Source of the DNA: a virus
Strand: one strand, 5' to 3'
IMG/VR virus record: IMGVR_UViG_3300042311_000389
Coordinates: 6,698-70,697 of that record
DNA length: 64,000 nucleotides
Shown: positions 26,604 to 36,391 of the stretch, one piece after another
Numbering within the stretch: the first letter of the stretch is position 1
Layout: each line of letters begins with the position of its first letter
Made by a program: the position numbers and the translations under genes
The notes under the pieces: model-generated
Database searches by the model: none
Told to the model about the DNA's origin: nothing
What the model saw: only the letters and a program-made list of their open reading frames with translations

Positions 26604-28829
26604 ATGACTACAATCGATATCACAAATATAATAGGATTAAGTTATCCATATGACATTTATGTCTGTGATATCTACGGTAATAATTGCATATTAGTGTCAA
26701 CCGTATTTACAAGTATTCCACCAAGTAATACAATATTATTACCACCTCAATTTAACAACGCATCATCCGTTGGAATTAAAGTAATAACTTTAGATGGTTG
26801 TGAGAGATTCAAAATAGTCGATTGTTATTCTATCAACCCAGCATTACCATTTATATCTAATTGGGATACTACATTATTTATTGAAACAATAACATTACCA
26901 TATGAACCAACAGGGTTTTATTATGGCACAATTGATTGGGGTGATGGGGTCATAACTGATAACACCTACCTTAATAGGTCACACACTTATTTTACACCAG
27001 GTTCTTATACTATAACAATTACAGGAACATTAGTTGGGTGGAGTTTTAATAATAGTGGAGATAGACTAAAAATTAAGGGAGTTTCCCAATGGGGCTGTTT
27101 ACAATTAGGTAATTTAGGATTTAATTTCGCCGGTTGTAATAATTTAATTTTAACTTCTGTTAGTGATACATTAAATTTGACAGGAACAAATAATTTAAAA
27201 TCATTATTTTATTTTTGTTCATCAATCACCACAATAAATAATTTAAATGATTGGGATGTTTCAGATGTAACAGATATGTCAAATATGTTCAATTTTTGTA
27301 GTTCATTTAACCAACCTTTAGATTCTTGGGATGTTTCAAATGTTACTGATATGTCTCAAATGTTTCGATTTACTTCATTTAATCAAAATATTAGTACTTG
27401 GGATGTATCAAATGTGACGAATATGTCGTTGATGTTTCAGAATTGTCCATTCAATAACGGTGGTTCACCGTCTATTAGTGGGTGGTCAACATCAAATGTT
27501 ACTAATATGTCTCAAATGTTTTGGAACACAACACCTTTTAATCAACCAATAGGTTCTTGGAATACATCTAATGTCACCAATATGTCAGGAATGTTTCGGA
27601 ACGCGACCCAATTTAACCAACCATTAGATTATTGGAACACATCTAATGTGACTAATATGAGTCAAATGTTTAATAACACTATCCTATTTGACCAACCTAT
27701 TGGAACTTGGAATGTTTCAAATGTGATTAATATGAGTCAAATGTTCATTAACGCAACATCATTTAATCAACCTATAAATAATTGGGAAAGAATATCATCT
27801 CCTGACACATCAACATTATCGAACGTAACAAATATGGATAATATGTTTAATGGTGCCATCCTATTTAACCAACCAATAGGTTCTTGGAATACATCTAACG
27901 TTATAGATATGGGAGGTATGTTTTTAGGTGCAATTTTATTTAATCAACCAATAGGTTCTTGGAATACATCTAATGTTACGAATATGGGGTCAATGTTTAG
28001 TAACGCAACTCAATTTAACCAACCAATAGGTTCTTGGAACACATCTAATGTGACTAATATGAGTCAAATGTTTAGAAATGCCGAATTTTTTAATCAAGAT
28101 ATTGGAGGTTGGGATGTTTCAAATGTTCAGTCTATGACAGTTATGTTCCAAAGGTCTGGTGTCTCAATTAGTTCTTTCAATAACGGTGGTTCACCATCAA
28201 TTAGTGCGTGGACTCCAACATCTCTTATATCTACATTTGGTATGTTTAATGGGGCAAATAATTTTAATCAAGATATCGGAAATTGGGATGTTAGTACTAT
28301 TACCAATTTTAGTGGAATGTTTTTAGTTTCAGCATTTAATAATGGTGGTTCACCATCAATTAGTGGGTGGACAATAAACACCTCAAGTAATGTTAATATG
28401 TACATTATGTTTGGTATAACGCCATTTAATCAATTTATTGGTAATTGGAATGTTTCAAAGGTAATTAGTATGCAAGAAATGTTTAGGTCAAGTGGAGCAT
28501 TTAATCAAGACATTTCAAGTTGGAATGTTTCAGGTGTTACAGATATGAGTTTAATGTTTTACGCCGCAACAGCATTTAATCAAAATATTGGTGGATGGAA
28601 TGTGAAAAACGTTAGTAACTTTACAGGATTTATGTCTGGTAAAACATTTACGGATTATTCAACAACAAACTTAGACGCAATTTATAATGGATGGAGTTCA
28701 TTACCATCTGTAAAACCAAATGTTAATATCTTCTTTAATGATATTAAATACACATTATCCGGTCAATCAGGTAAAAATATACTTACAGGAGCCCCAAACA
28801 ATTGGGTAATTACTGATGGTGGAATTTAA
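26604..28829 (+). CDS. BspA/DUF285-repeat surface protein with PKD-like domain
   Basis: TIDWGDG...[14 protein letters not shown] followed by many [20 protein letters not shown] repeats. Confidence 0.9.
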   Translation: MTTIDITNIIGLSYPYDIYVCDIYGNNCILVSTVFTSIPPSNTILLPPQFNNASSVGIKVITLDGCERFKIVDCYSINPALPFISNWDTTLFIETITLPYEPTGFYYGTIDWGDGVITDNTYLNRSHTYFTPGSYTITITGTLVGWSFNNSGDRLKIKGVSQWGCLQLGNLGFNFAGCNNLILTSVSDTLNLTGTNNLKSLFYFCSSITTINNLNDWDVSDVTDMSNMFNFCSSFNQPLDSWDVSNVTDMSQMFRFTSFNQNISTWDVSNVTNMSLMFQNCPFNNGGSPSISGWSTSNVTNMSQMFWNTTPFNQPIGSWNTSNVTNMSGMFRNATQFNQPLDYWNTSNVTNMSQMFNNTILFDQPIGTWNVSNVINMSQMFINATSFNQPINNWERISSPDTSTLSNVTNMDNMFNGAILFNQPIGSWNTSNVIDMGGMFLGAILFNQPIGSWNTSNVTNMGSMFSNATQFNQPIGSWNTSNVTNMSQMFRNAEFFNQDIGGWDVSNVQSMTVMFQRSGVSISSFNNGGSPSISAWTPTSLISTFGMFNGANNFNQDIGNWDVSTITNFSGMFLVSAFNNGGSPSISGWTINTSSNVNMYIMFGITPFNQFIGNWNVSKVISMQEMFRSSGAFNQDISSWNVSGVTDMSLMFYAATAFNQNIGGWNVKNVSNFTGFMSGKTFTDYSTTNLDAIYNGWSSLPSVKPNVNIFFNDIKYTLSGQSGKNILTGAPNNWVITDGGI
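27544..28050 (+). repeat. Near-identical DNA repeats inside the BspA gene
   Basis: AACCAATAGGTTCTTGGAAYACATCTAA starts at 27544, 27871, 27946 and 28021; the last three have a 75-nt period. Confidence 0.85.
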
Positions 28830-29008
28830 TCTGTTAATTTCTTAGGCGATTTACCCAAGTTTTCATATATCCTTAGAAGTTTTAAGGATTCATAATAATT
28901 TTTCTCAAGACGTTCCAATTCTTTTTCCGGAACACCTTTGTCACAAGCCAATTCATATTGTTCTTTAGCTTCTGTAACAATATTTGATATGGTACTAATA
29001 AGTTTCAT
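28826..29008 (-). CDS. Small protein inserted antisense within the fibre block
   Basis: 60 aa from ATG 29008 ([16 protein letters not shown]), with its own TATTTATA at 29012-29019. Confidence 0.7.
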   Translation of the reverse strand: MKLISTISNIVTEAKEQYELACDKGVPEKELERLEKNYYESLKLLRIYENLGKSPKKLTD

Positions 29009-29011
29009 ATC

Positions 29012-29092
29012 TATAAATATCACCAATTACACCATTTATTAAAAGTAAATGTCAATTATATTTTAATAAAATCAAACTTTAGATTATTTATA
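29012..29092. promoter_or_regulatory. Divergent pair of TATTTATA motifs
   Basis: Minus strand 29012-29019 and plus strand 29085-29092, each just upstream of an ATG. Confidence 0.6.
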
Positions 29093-29111
29093 GTAAAATA
29101 ACAAATATAAA

Positions 29112-29786
29112 ATGGTAGGGAATAACATATATTACTTTGAATCGTGTTGTGGAAATGTTTCTTCAATTGGTATATCAAGTGGGGAAACAACAACTCCTTG
29201 GACTAATTTTAGTGCTACAACAGGGAATCAATATGGCGTTGTCATAAATGGTTTATTTTCAGGTTGTGTTACCTATAGCGGTGTCACAACAACACCATTA
29301 GAAGGTTTAACAATATATGACGCACCACCATCATTTCTATTATATAACGATTGTGATGTATGTAAGATAACTTTTCCGTGTTTTACACCCGCACCAGCTA
29401 ATATTCCTGTAATAACAGGACAAATAAATGAATGTGGTGTAATTACAATTTTACCTATGCAAGTTGAGTGTGTTTCAAATAACCCATCCTCATCTCAGTC
29501 ATCGGATGGCGAAGTTTCAGTATCAATTACAGGTGGAACACCACCATATACAGTTTATTGGTCTTCATCAACAAATCCAAGTATGGGGATTCATCCCGCA
29601 TTAAATAATATACCAAACGGTACTTACGCAGCAACTGTTGTAGATTCTTACGGAGATTTTACAGTAACAGTTTATTGCACAATTTTCACAGATAAAGATT
29701 GTTCTTTTGGTGCGTCTATAACAGAATTTCCTGTTATTGAATGTATACCTAATAATATTACCGGATACACATTTGATATAACATAA
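29112..29786 (+). CDS. Cys module plus SprB-repeat protein
   Basis: YYFESCC...CVTY...YNDCDVC module, then DGEVSVSITGGTPPYTVYW...GTYAATVVDSYG. Confidence 0.75.
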   Translation: MVGNNIYYFESCCGNVSSIGISSGETTTPWTNFSATTGNQYGVVINGLFSGCVTYSGVTTTPLEGLTIYDAPPSFLLYNDCDVCKITFPCFTPAPANIPVITGQINECGVITILPMQVECVSNNPSSSQSSDGEVSVSITGGTPPYTVYWSSSTNPSMGIHPALNNIPNGTYAATVVDSYGDFTVTVYCTIFTDKDCSFGASITEFPVIECIPNNITGYTFDIT

Positions 29787-29790
29787 CCAT

Positions 29791-31989
29791 ATGCCAGCAA
29801 CATTTTCAGCCGCAACTTGTATAACATATAATCCCGGTCCTGTACCTGCGGAAGGTCCTTTTGAGATTTATTTAAATAATGATTATGACGCAGCCCCATT
29901 TATACCTTATCTTACTTTATGGGATGTTACGGGAACACAATGTCCTTATATAATTGAAGTTCCTACAGGAACAACAGTTATTAACTTTAAAGACATTGTA
30001 ACCAATTACTGTATTAACATTCCTGTTCAAGATAATAACTTATGTATTAATTGTGACTTAGGATTATCCGATTATTCAGCAACTTCAATTGGTAACATTA
30101 CCGCAGGATATTTAACGGGGTCTTGTAATCCATCAGATTATCAAATAATTTGGTATGGCCCAAATAACCCAACATTATTTTCATTTTCGTCCGGTGTTGG
30201 TATTTTCGGAGTATATGGAATATCTGCAAGTACAGTTAATCATCCTTTACTAGGGTCACAAGCAATGCCTAGAGAAGCCGGTGTTTACATCCCTGTTATT
30301 ACTAATGTAATAGCAAATGGGATACACTATTCTATTACAGGTGATAGTTCTACCATACCCGCGGATTTAAATTGTTTATCATCAATTAATGTATTACCAA
30401 TAACTTGTGACATAGATACAAACCCAACAACAACGTATCCTTTGACCGAATATAAACATTATATAAATTTAGATGTTGCCTCTACAGATTTAGTTGACTC
30501 ACAAGCAACATTTAAAATCACATCAAACACTAAATACCTTGTTTGGGCTTTTCAAGGAAGAGCGTTTGCCGATAGAATTACTATAAGTTTTAGTGGCGCA
30601 AATTATCCCGATAAAATTGGTTTAGAAGATTTTGTAATTGGGGCTTGTTTAGATAATCTAACCCCTTGCCAAACTAATGTTTCAAATAGATTCGCACCAA
30701 ACTTGTTTCCTAAATCAGCAAGAACAGAAAGTTATTTTCAAAAAATAACAACGCTAACTGCATTCACCATAAATGATTATGACGAGATTATAGTTGATTT
30801 CAAACCTAGCGTACCCAATACATTATGGGACTTTTATATGTCTTGTTTAGATGATTGGACTTGTGTGGACTGTATAACAAATCCTACTCAAATGAAAATT
30901 ATTGGTAGTTCTGTTTATCGTAATACATCCGGTTGTAATGTTACTATTGGTTACACTCTTGATGGGTGCAACGTAAATTACCCAAACACATCCGATTATA
31001 TAAATTATTTTGCCGCATATAACAACGGTACTTCATATATTTCAACTTTCCCAATTTCTGCAGTATTTTACACACCACGCTTTTATTCTCAAAACACGAC
31101 TTGTCTTGGTAATACCGCACAATGTTTTTTAGATTCTGAGTCAACATCATATAATAAAACTTTTTTACCTGACGGTAGAGGGGTTTTTGGTTTCACAGGG
31201 TCGAGTACATTTATATCAACATATTACCAATCGTGGGTGTCCAAAATACCAACTTGTTGGTCACCACCAGGACCACCACCTACAGATTTAGGATATTACA
31301 AATCCTTTGCCGTAACGATACCTTCACAGGGCTCTACAGTAAATTGTGTTGGTGATACAGGTGTCGCAAGTTATACTAGATTAATATTCCACCCAACATC
31401 AATCATCGAAACAGGTACAACAGGTTCTCAATATTATATGACAATAACTGCAAATACAATAACAAAACAAATAACCTTACCATCTGACCCGTGTGGAGAC
31501 CCTAATACTTCAATAACAACCTTAGTAAACGAGATTAATAGCACATCAACAAGTTCTTCGGCACTATGGGGAACAAATAGAACATTCCCATCAACAGGTC
31601 TTTACTATAAAAGTCCAGTTTCAGCCACATACATAGCCACAGGTTTCACCTCATCTACAACCGCTGATACTAAATCAGGTTATTGGTTAAGTACAAGTGG
31701 TAGTTTTAATACATATCCATTTTCAGGCACCCCATCAACATTAATACCGTCCTTGTCGGGAACAGTTTGTAATTATGATTCATATGGACAGTCAACATTT
31801 AACGCTACTGCAGGTCAGACAACTTTTTTACACTATAGACACGAATATCAAACTAGATTATTAAACTCTTCAAATGATTTTGAGATTTGGGGCACACCAA
31901 TAGTCAATGGTATTAGGGTCCCACCTCAAGTTTTAGCTTATAGTAATATAGGTGGTATAATAACTACTAATCCAACATATGTAATTTAA
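29791..31989 (+). CDS. Large Cys/Thr/Ser-rich virion-type protein
   Basis: 732 aa with beta-rich composition; N-terminal GPFEIY...IIEVP module related to 31991. Confidence 0.75.
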   Translation: MPATFSAATCITYNPGPVPAEGPFEIYLNNDYDAAPFIPYLTLWDVTGTQCPYIIEVPTGTTVINFKDIVTNYCINIPVQDNNLCINCDLGLSDYSATSIGNITAGYLTGSCNPSDYQIIWYGPNNPTLFSFSSGVGIFGVYGISASTVNHPLLGSQAMPREAGVYIPVITNVIANGIHYSITGDSSTIPADLNCLSSINVLPITCDIDTNPTTTYPLTEYKHYINLDVASTDLVDSQATFKITSNTKYLVWAFQGRAFADRITISFSGANYPDKIGLEDFVIGACLDNLTPCQTNVSNRFAPNLFPKSARTESYFQKITTLTAFTINDYDEIIVDFKPSVPNTLWDFYMSCLDDWTCVDCITNPTQMKIIGSSVYRNTSGCNVTIGYTLDGCNVNYPNTSDYINYFAAYNNGTSYISTFPISAVFYTPRFYSQNTTCLGNTAQCFLDSESTSYNKTFLPDGRGVFGFTGSSTFISTYYQSWVSKIPTCWSPPGPPPTDLGYYKSFAVTIPSQGSTVNCVGDTGVASYTRLIFHPTSIIETGTTGSQYYMTITANTITKQITLPSDPCGDPNTSITTLVNEINSTSTSSSALWGTNRTFPSTGLYYKSPVSATYIATGFTSSTTADTKSGYWLSTSGSFNTYPFSGTPSTLIPSLSGTVCNYDSYGQSTFNATAGQTTFLHYRHEYQTRLLNSSNDFEIWGTPIVNGIRVPPQVLAYSNIGGIITTNPTYVI

Positions 31990-31990
31990 T

Positions 31991-33319
31991 ATGAGTACAA
32001 CTAAACATTATCAAATACAAATAACGGGAGGAACATCTACCGGACCATACACCGTTTACTACGGTGTGGTTCCTAACCCACCATTATTCACAAATTCTAT
32101 TGTACCACCTATTTATCCAATAAGTGACCCAATAGTCTACGCTCAAAATCTAGACATAGATGAATTAACGGGAGAAGGAATTATTGTTGAGGTACCAATA
32201 TCAACAACTGTTCTATATCTGTATAATCAACTTTGTCCTGATAACACAATTACTTTAGTACCAACTAACAATATTGTTTATAAAGATTTTTGTTTAACTT
32301 TCACCAATTTTTCGGAAGCAATAACAGTAACCACTCAACATCATTTTACCCAAAATGGGTTTGATAGTAACGGAAATCCTATTTGGGTTTCTGATAGTGA
32401 TAGTAGTATAAATATTAAATGGAATGGTACTAATTGGGTAGTATTAGGGTATAACCCATTAGATATCCCTATAACTATAAAATCAGGTTCAGGTGTAACT
32501 GCAAACCCACCTGAAGGGTGGTCTATTGATGGTGTATCTTCACGAGTATTTCAAGTTGTTTATAACATAAATGAATGTTCTTCACTTTACGAAAAATCAT
32601 CATTTCCAGCAAGTATTAATCAACCAACTTGTTTATGTGATGGTAGTATATTATTTAACCCTAACTTAGATAACCCTCCATTCACATATTCAATTAATAA
32701 TGGTGTGACATATAGTAATTCACCAATATTTTCAAATTTATGTTCAGGGATTTATAGTTTATCTATATTAGATTCATTAGGTAATAATTTTGGTAAAACA
32801 ATTACTTTAGACGAACCAACATTTGCAACAACATATACATTATCAGTAAATACTATACCAAGTACTCAAATTAATAACCCGACAACTATTTCTAAAACTT
32901 ACGAGACGACTATAATTGTTACTCCGGAGTTACCGGATGGTACTACAGTGTATTTTGATTTGATACATAACAATAGTTTCTATTCAGGTCCGTTAAGTGG
33001 TACTTCAATATTGACAACAGGTACTTCATTATATAAAAATGAAATTTCAATTCCATTATCGTCAACATTTAATGATGATTCAACATCTATTAATACATCA
33101 CCGGGTTGTCAAAGTAATATAATATATCAATATAATACAACAGAATCTTGGAATACTTTGGGATTAACAAACACAGATACTATAACCATTACCACATCAA
33201 CTAGAGTAGATAAAACTACATTAGGACTTTGTGTTGTTGGGTATAGTGACGATTCTTACTCAATTGCCAACGCTCGTATAGAAGGTTGTGATTGTTGTAC
33301 AATATTAATTAACACATAA
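31991..33319 (+). CDS. Virion-type protein with SprB-like repeat
   Basis: QPTCLCDGSI...PPFTYSINNG...FSNLCSGIYSLSILDSLG; ends GCDCC. Confidence 0.75.
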   Translation: MSTTKHYQIQITGGTSTGPYTVYYGVVPNPPLFTNSIVPPIYPISDPIVYAQNLDIDELTGEGIIVEVPISTTVLYLYNQLCPDNTITLVPTNNIVYKDFCLTFTNFSEAITVTTQHHFTQNGFDSNGNPIWVSDSDSSINIKWNGTNWVVLGYNPLDIPITIKSGSGVTANPPEGWSIDGVSSRVFQVVYNINECSSLYEKSSFPASINQPTCLCDGSILFNPNLDNPPFTYSINNGVTYSNSPIFSNLCSGIYSLSILDSLGNNFGKTITLDEPTFATTYTLSVNTIPSTQINNPTTISKTYETTIIVTPELPDGTTVYFDLIHNNSFYSGPLSGTSILTTGTSLYKNEISIPLSSTFNDDSTSINTSPGCQSNIIYQYNTTESWNTLGLTNTDTITITTSTRVDKTTLGLCVVGYSDDSYSIANARIEGCDCCTILINT

Positions 33320-33331
33320 TCAAAAATATAA

Positions 33332-33339
33332 TATTTATA
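33332..33339 (+). promoter_or_regulatory. Putative phage (late) promoter TATTTATA
   Basis: 4 nt upstream of ATG 33344. Confidence 0.6.
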
Positions 33340-33343
33340 TAGT

Positions 33344-35758
33344 ATGGCATATATACTTAAAAATACATCGGGTTTAGTAAATACAAGATTAACTGATACA
33401 GGTAGATTAAAACTGTCTCAAGGTAATTTTAATATTTCATATTTTCAAATTGGAGATAGTGAAGTATCTTACAATACATTAGCAAATACTTACAATCAAA
33501 CAAGAACTAATATATTAGAACCAAATTTTAATTCACAAAATTCGGCTCAAGGACAAACTAATAAACAAAATATTAAATATCCGTATTATGTTGACGGTAC
33601 AAATGGTAACACTTATGGTATCCCATTTATGTCTTCTGAAGTCGCACCAATTTATAATACAGCAGCAATTAGAGGTTTTTTCTCAGGTAATACTACGTTA
33701 AATACTTGGAGTGCAATTACAAGTAATTCATACGTTATTAATTCAAATTATGTTGTCGATATGAATTCATTATCGGGTGGTACAACAATAAAGATAATTT
33801 ATTCAGGTTGTAACACAAATATTGTTAGACTACCAGCCAAAGGTGATTTAATCACCATTTATTATGATGGTAATGGTGCGACGGATTGTGGTTTAGTCGC
33901 AACACCTACAACACCTACACCAACACCCACACCAACAGTAACACCATCTTACGATGCTTGTGCTTTACCTTTACCAACACCAACTCCATCAGCAACTTGT
34001 TGTGTGGTAACACCAACAGGATGTACACCAACACCTACTCAACAATACGTAATGTCTATGAGTAGTTGTTATAGTATGTTAACATACAGAATTGTAGATA
34101 TTTGTATAGACGTTATCACATTAGATAGAGTCACACCTGATTTCTCATATATTGCGTCGGGATGTTCATATTCAAGAGTATTAGTTTATCCACCAAATAT
34201 GACAACTATATATGATAGTGTAACACCATTACAACATTGGAATACGGATGTAATTAATTATGAATCTGTTTGTAATACAGACCAATTTGACGTTAAAGTT
34301 TGGAATATGAATATTCCTTGGTCGGAGAATCCTGCTGGATTATTTGATGACCAAAACATCGGATTTAAAAACTTTACGTCTTCAACTTATTTAGGTACTA
34401 AAGAATACTTAGGATATATGACAAGTAGTGGACAAACTTTTGTTAATAGTAACAAAAATTTAATTGACCCTACTTATTATTCTGATACTTTTGGAAACAA
34501 GATTATTGTTAAACCTGAAGACCAAAAAGCTATCGCGATTATTCACTATACAAATCAAACTATAGACTTTTTCTATGGTGAAAAATTTGCTATGGAACCT
34601 TATAGTACATTAACACCTGATGATACAACAGGTGATGCAAGAAACTTTAAATTACACATTCCTTGGCTAATGTGGCATAAATCACCAACTTGTTGTATTG
34701 GAGAAACATTTTATGTTGACCCACCTAACGATGAATTTGTTGATTCTAAATTATTAACACCATACTACATTCAATCAACTAAAAATACTGATATGAATGA
34801 CCCTGGTATTCGTTACTATAATTTATGGGACACATATCCATCAACGAATGATAATTCAATACCTAATAGAGTTGGTAAGGTATTTCCTGACCAAAAAATT
34901 ATAGTAATTGATGATGATGAATTAGTCGCAGCACTTTCATATAAGTCAAATCGTAATTGGACTTTACCAGCATCAACAACATCCTTAATAACACCAAATA
35001 CTTGTAATACTCAATCATCTAACATAGGTGTTTTAACAAACCCTGATGAAAGTATGTATATTTCGTATTTACTAACTAATTCATCGTCAGGAGCGACCAA
35101 CTCATTACATTGTAATTATTATTCAAATATTGTTGGACCGTTTAATGATTGTAATAATATTGGCGCACAAAACGTGGCAGTTAGATTTAACGGTGAATTT
35201 AATTGTTTAAATCAAATTACTAATACACCTATACCAACAGGTTATTTAGCGGACACTTTCCAAATACTTTGTCAAAAAGTAACAGGTGATACTAGACCAG
35301 TATCGTCTGAATGGAGATTGATTGATTTTAGTACTGAATTAACATCAACAAATGTTAACGGATATATTACTCAATCAGGTCTTACAGGTAACACATTTGT
35401 CATTACTAATGATTTATATAATTCTGCAAGTGGTAACACATATAACTTAAATGATTATATTGATTTACCAACCGGAACAACATCTAATACAACTCTTAAT
35501 TTTGGTGATGAATATTATTTCTACGGTTCGTTAGAAACTGACATTCAAGCAACAATTTATGAGATGAAATATAAGATAAATCTTGGTCAAGCCGAGTTTC
35601 AAGCGTCTTCAAATCCAAGTTGGTCAGCAAACACAAATTCATATATTACTGAAATTGGGCTTTACGATGACGAAATGAATCTTATGATTGTATCAAAGCT
35701 ACAATCTCCTGTTCTTAGACAGGGTATTCAACAGTTTTTAGTAAAATTTGATTTTTAA
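33344..35758 (+). CDS. Tail-collar/baseplate-fibre attachment-like protein (DUF3751-like termini)
   Basis: N-terminal LTDTGRLKL..GNFNISYFQIGDSE and C-terminal YITEIGLYD...SKL..P; internal PT tract. Confidence 0.65.
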   Translation: MAYILKNTSGLVNTRLTDTGRLKLSQGNFNISYFQIGDSEVSYNTLANTYNQTRTNILEPNFNSQNSAQGQTNKQNIKYPYYVDGTNGNTYGIPFMSSEVAPIYNTAAIRGFFSGNTTLNTWSAITSNSYVINSNYVVDMNSLSGGTTIKIIYSGCNTNIVRLPAKGDLITIYYDGNGATDCGLVATPTTPTPTPTPTVTPSYDACALPLPTPTPSATCCVVTPTGCTPTPTQQYVMSMSSCYSMLTYRIVDICIDVITLDRVTPDFSYIASGCSYSRVLVYPPNMTTIYDSVTPLQHWNTDVINYESVCNTDQFDVKVWNMNIPWSENPAGLFDDQNIGFKNFTSSTYLGTKEYLGYMTSSGQTFVNSNKNLIDPTYYSDTFGNKIIVKPEDQKAIAIIHYTNQTIDFFYGEKFAMEPYSTLTPDDTTGDARNFKLHIPWLMWHKSPTCCIGETFYVDPPNDEFVDSKLLTPYYIQSTKNTDMNDPGIRYYNLWDTYPSTNDNSIPNRVGKVFPDQKIIVIDDDELVAALSYKSNRNWTLPASTTSLITPNTCNTQSSNIGVLTNPDESMYISYLLTNSSSGATNSLHCNYYSNIVGPFNDCNNIGAQNVAVRFNGEFNCLNQITNTPIPTGYLADTFQILCQKVTGDTRPVSSEWRLIDFSTELTSTNVNGYITQSGLTGNTFVITNDLYNSASGNTYNLNDYIDLPTGTTSNTTLNFGDEYYFYGSLETDIQATIYEMKYKINLGQAEFQASSNPSWSANTNSYITEIGLYDDEMNLMIVSKLQSPVLRQGIQQFLVKFDF

Positions 35759-35761
35759 CCT

Positions 35762-36361
35762 ATGAAAAAAACATTAAAGGAAAGCCCTAAAGTTTTAGGG
35801 CTTGATGTTTCTACCAAAACTATTGGATGGGCATTATTTGACATACAAAGTAGAGAATTATTAGAACTAACCCACGTATCACCAACTCCAAAACCAAAGG
35901 AAGATAACAAAATAAAAGAATTACTTCTTAAAGGGGAAATCTTTAGAACTAAACTTTTAGAATATAAAGATATGGGGATTACTAAAGTAATCATTGAGGA
36001 ACCTCTATTAAACTCAAATAACGTCTACACAGTTCAAACATTGTTAAGGTTTAATACTTTGGTCACCAAAGAAATTTACGATGTTTTAGGGGTGGTTCCT
36101 GACTTCATATCAACATACAACTCTCGTAAGTTCGCCTTTCCTGAATTAGTCAAGGAAAATGACAAAGGTAAATTTGTATTATTTGGTGGTCTTCCAAAAG
36201 ACATAGATAAGAAACTAATAATATGGGATTTAATTGCCAAGAAAGAACCACAAATCACTTGGCAATACACAAGAAACAATACCCTCAAAAAAGAAAACTT
36301 TGACCAAACAGACGCTTATTGTTGTGTCTTAGGTCATATGAGACAAGAAAATATATGGTAA
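35762..36361 (+). CDS. ruvC: RuvC-like Holliday junction resolvase
   Basis: VLGLDVSTKTIGW, VIIEE and DQTDAY acidic catalytic motifs of the RNase H-fold resolvases. Confidence 0.75.
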   Translation: MKKTLKESPKVLGLDVSTKTIGWALFDIQSRELLELTHVSPTPKPKEDNKIKELLLKGEIFRTKLLEYKDMGITKVIIEEPLLNSNNVYTVQTLLRFNTLVTKEIYDVLGVVPDFISTYNSRKFAFPELVKENDKGKFVLFGGLPKDIDKKLIIWDLIAKKEPQITWQYTRNNTLKKENFDQTDAYCCVLGHMRQENIW

Positions 36362-36363
36362 AT

Positions 36364-36391
36364 AAAAAACCCCCTTAATTGGGGGTTTTTT
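36364..36391. terminator. Bidirectional intrinsic terminator
   Basis: AAAAAACCCCC-ttaatt-GGGGGTTTTTT between convergent blocks. Confidence 0.88.

Noticed and set aside
27544-28050. Regularly spaced 28-nt repeats resembling a CRISPR array
   Set aside because: They are in-frame coding repeats with a 75-nt period, the intervening sequences are homologous to each other, and there are no cas genes.
23465-36361. Plus-strand block as an invertible segment, transposon or DGR target
   Set aside because: I saw no flanking inverted repeats, recombinase, reverse transcriptase or TR/VR pair. The RuvC-like ORF is small and lacks TnpB/Cas12 features.
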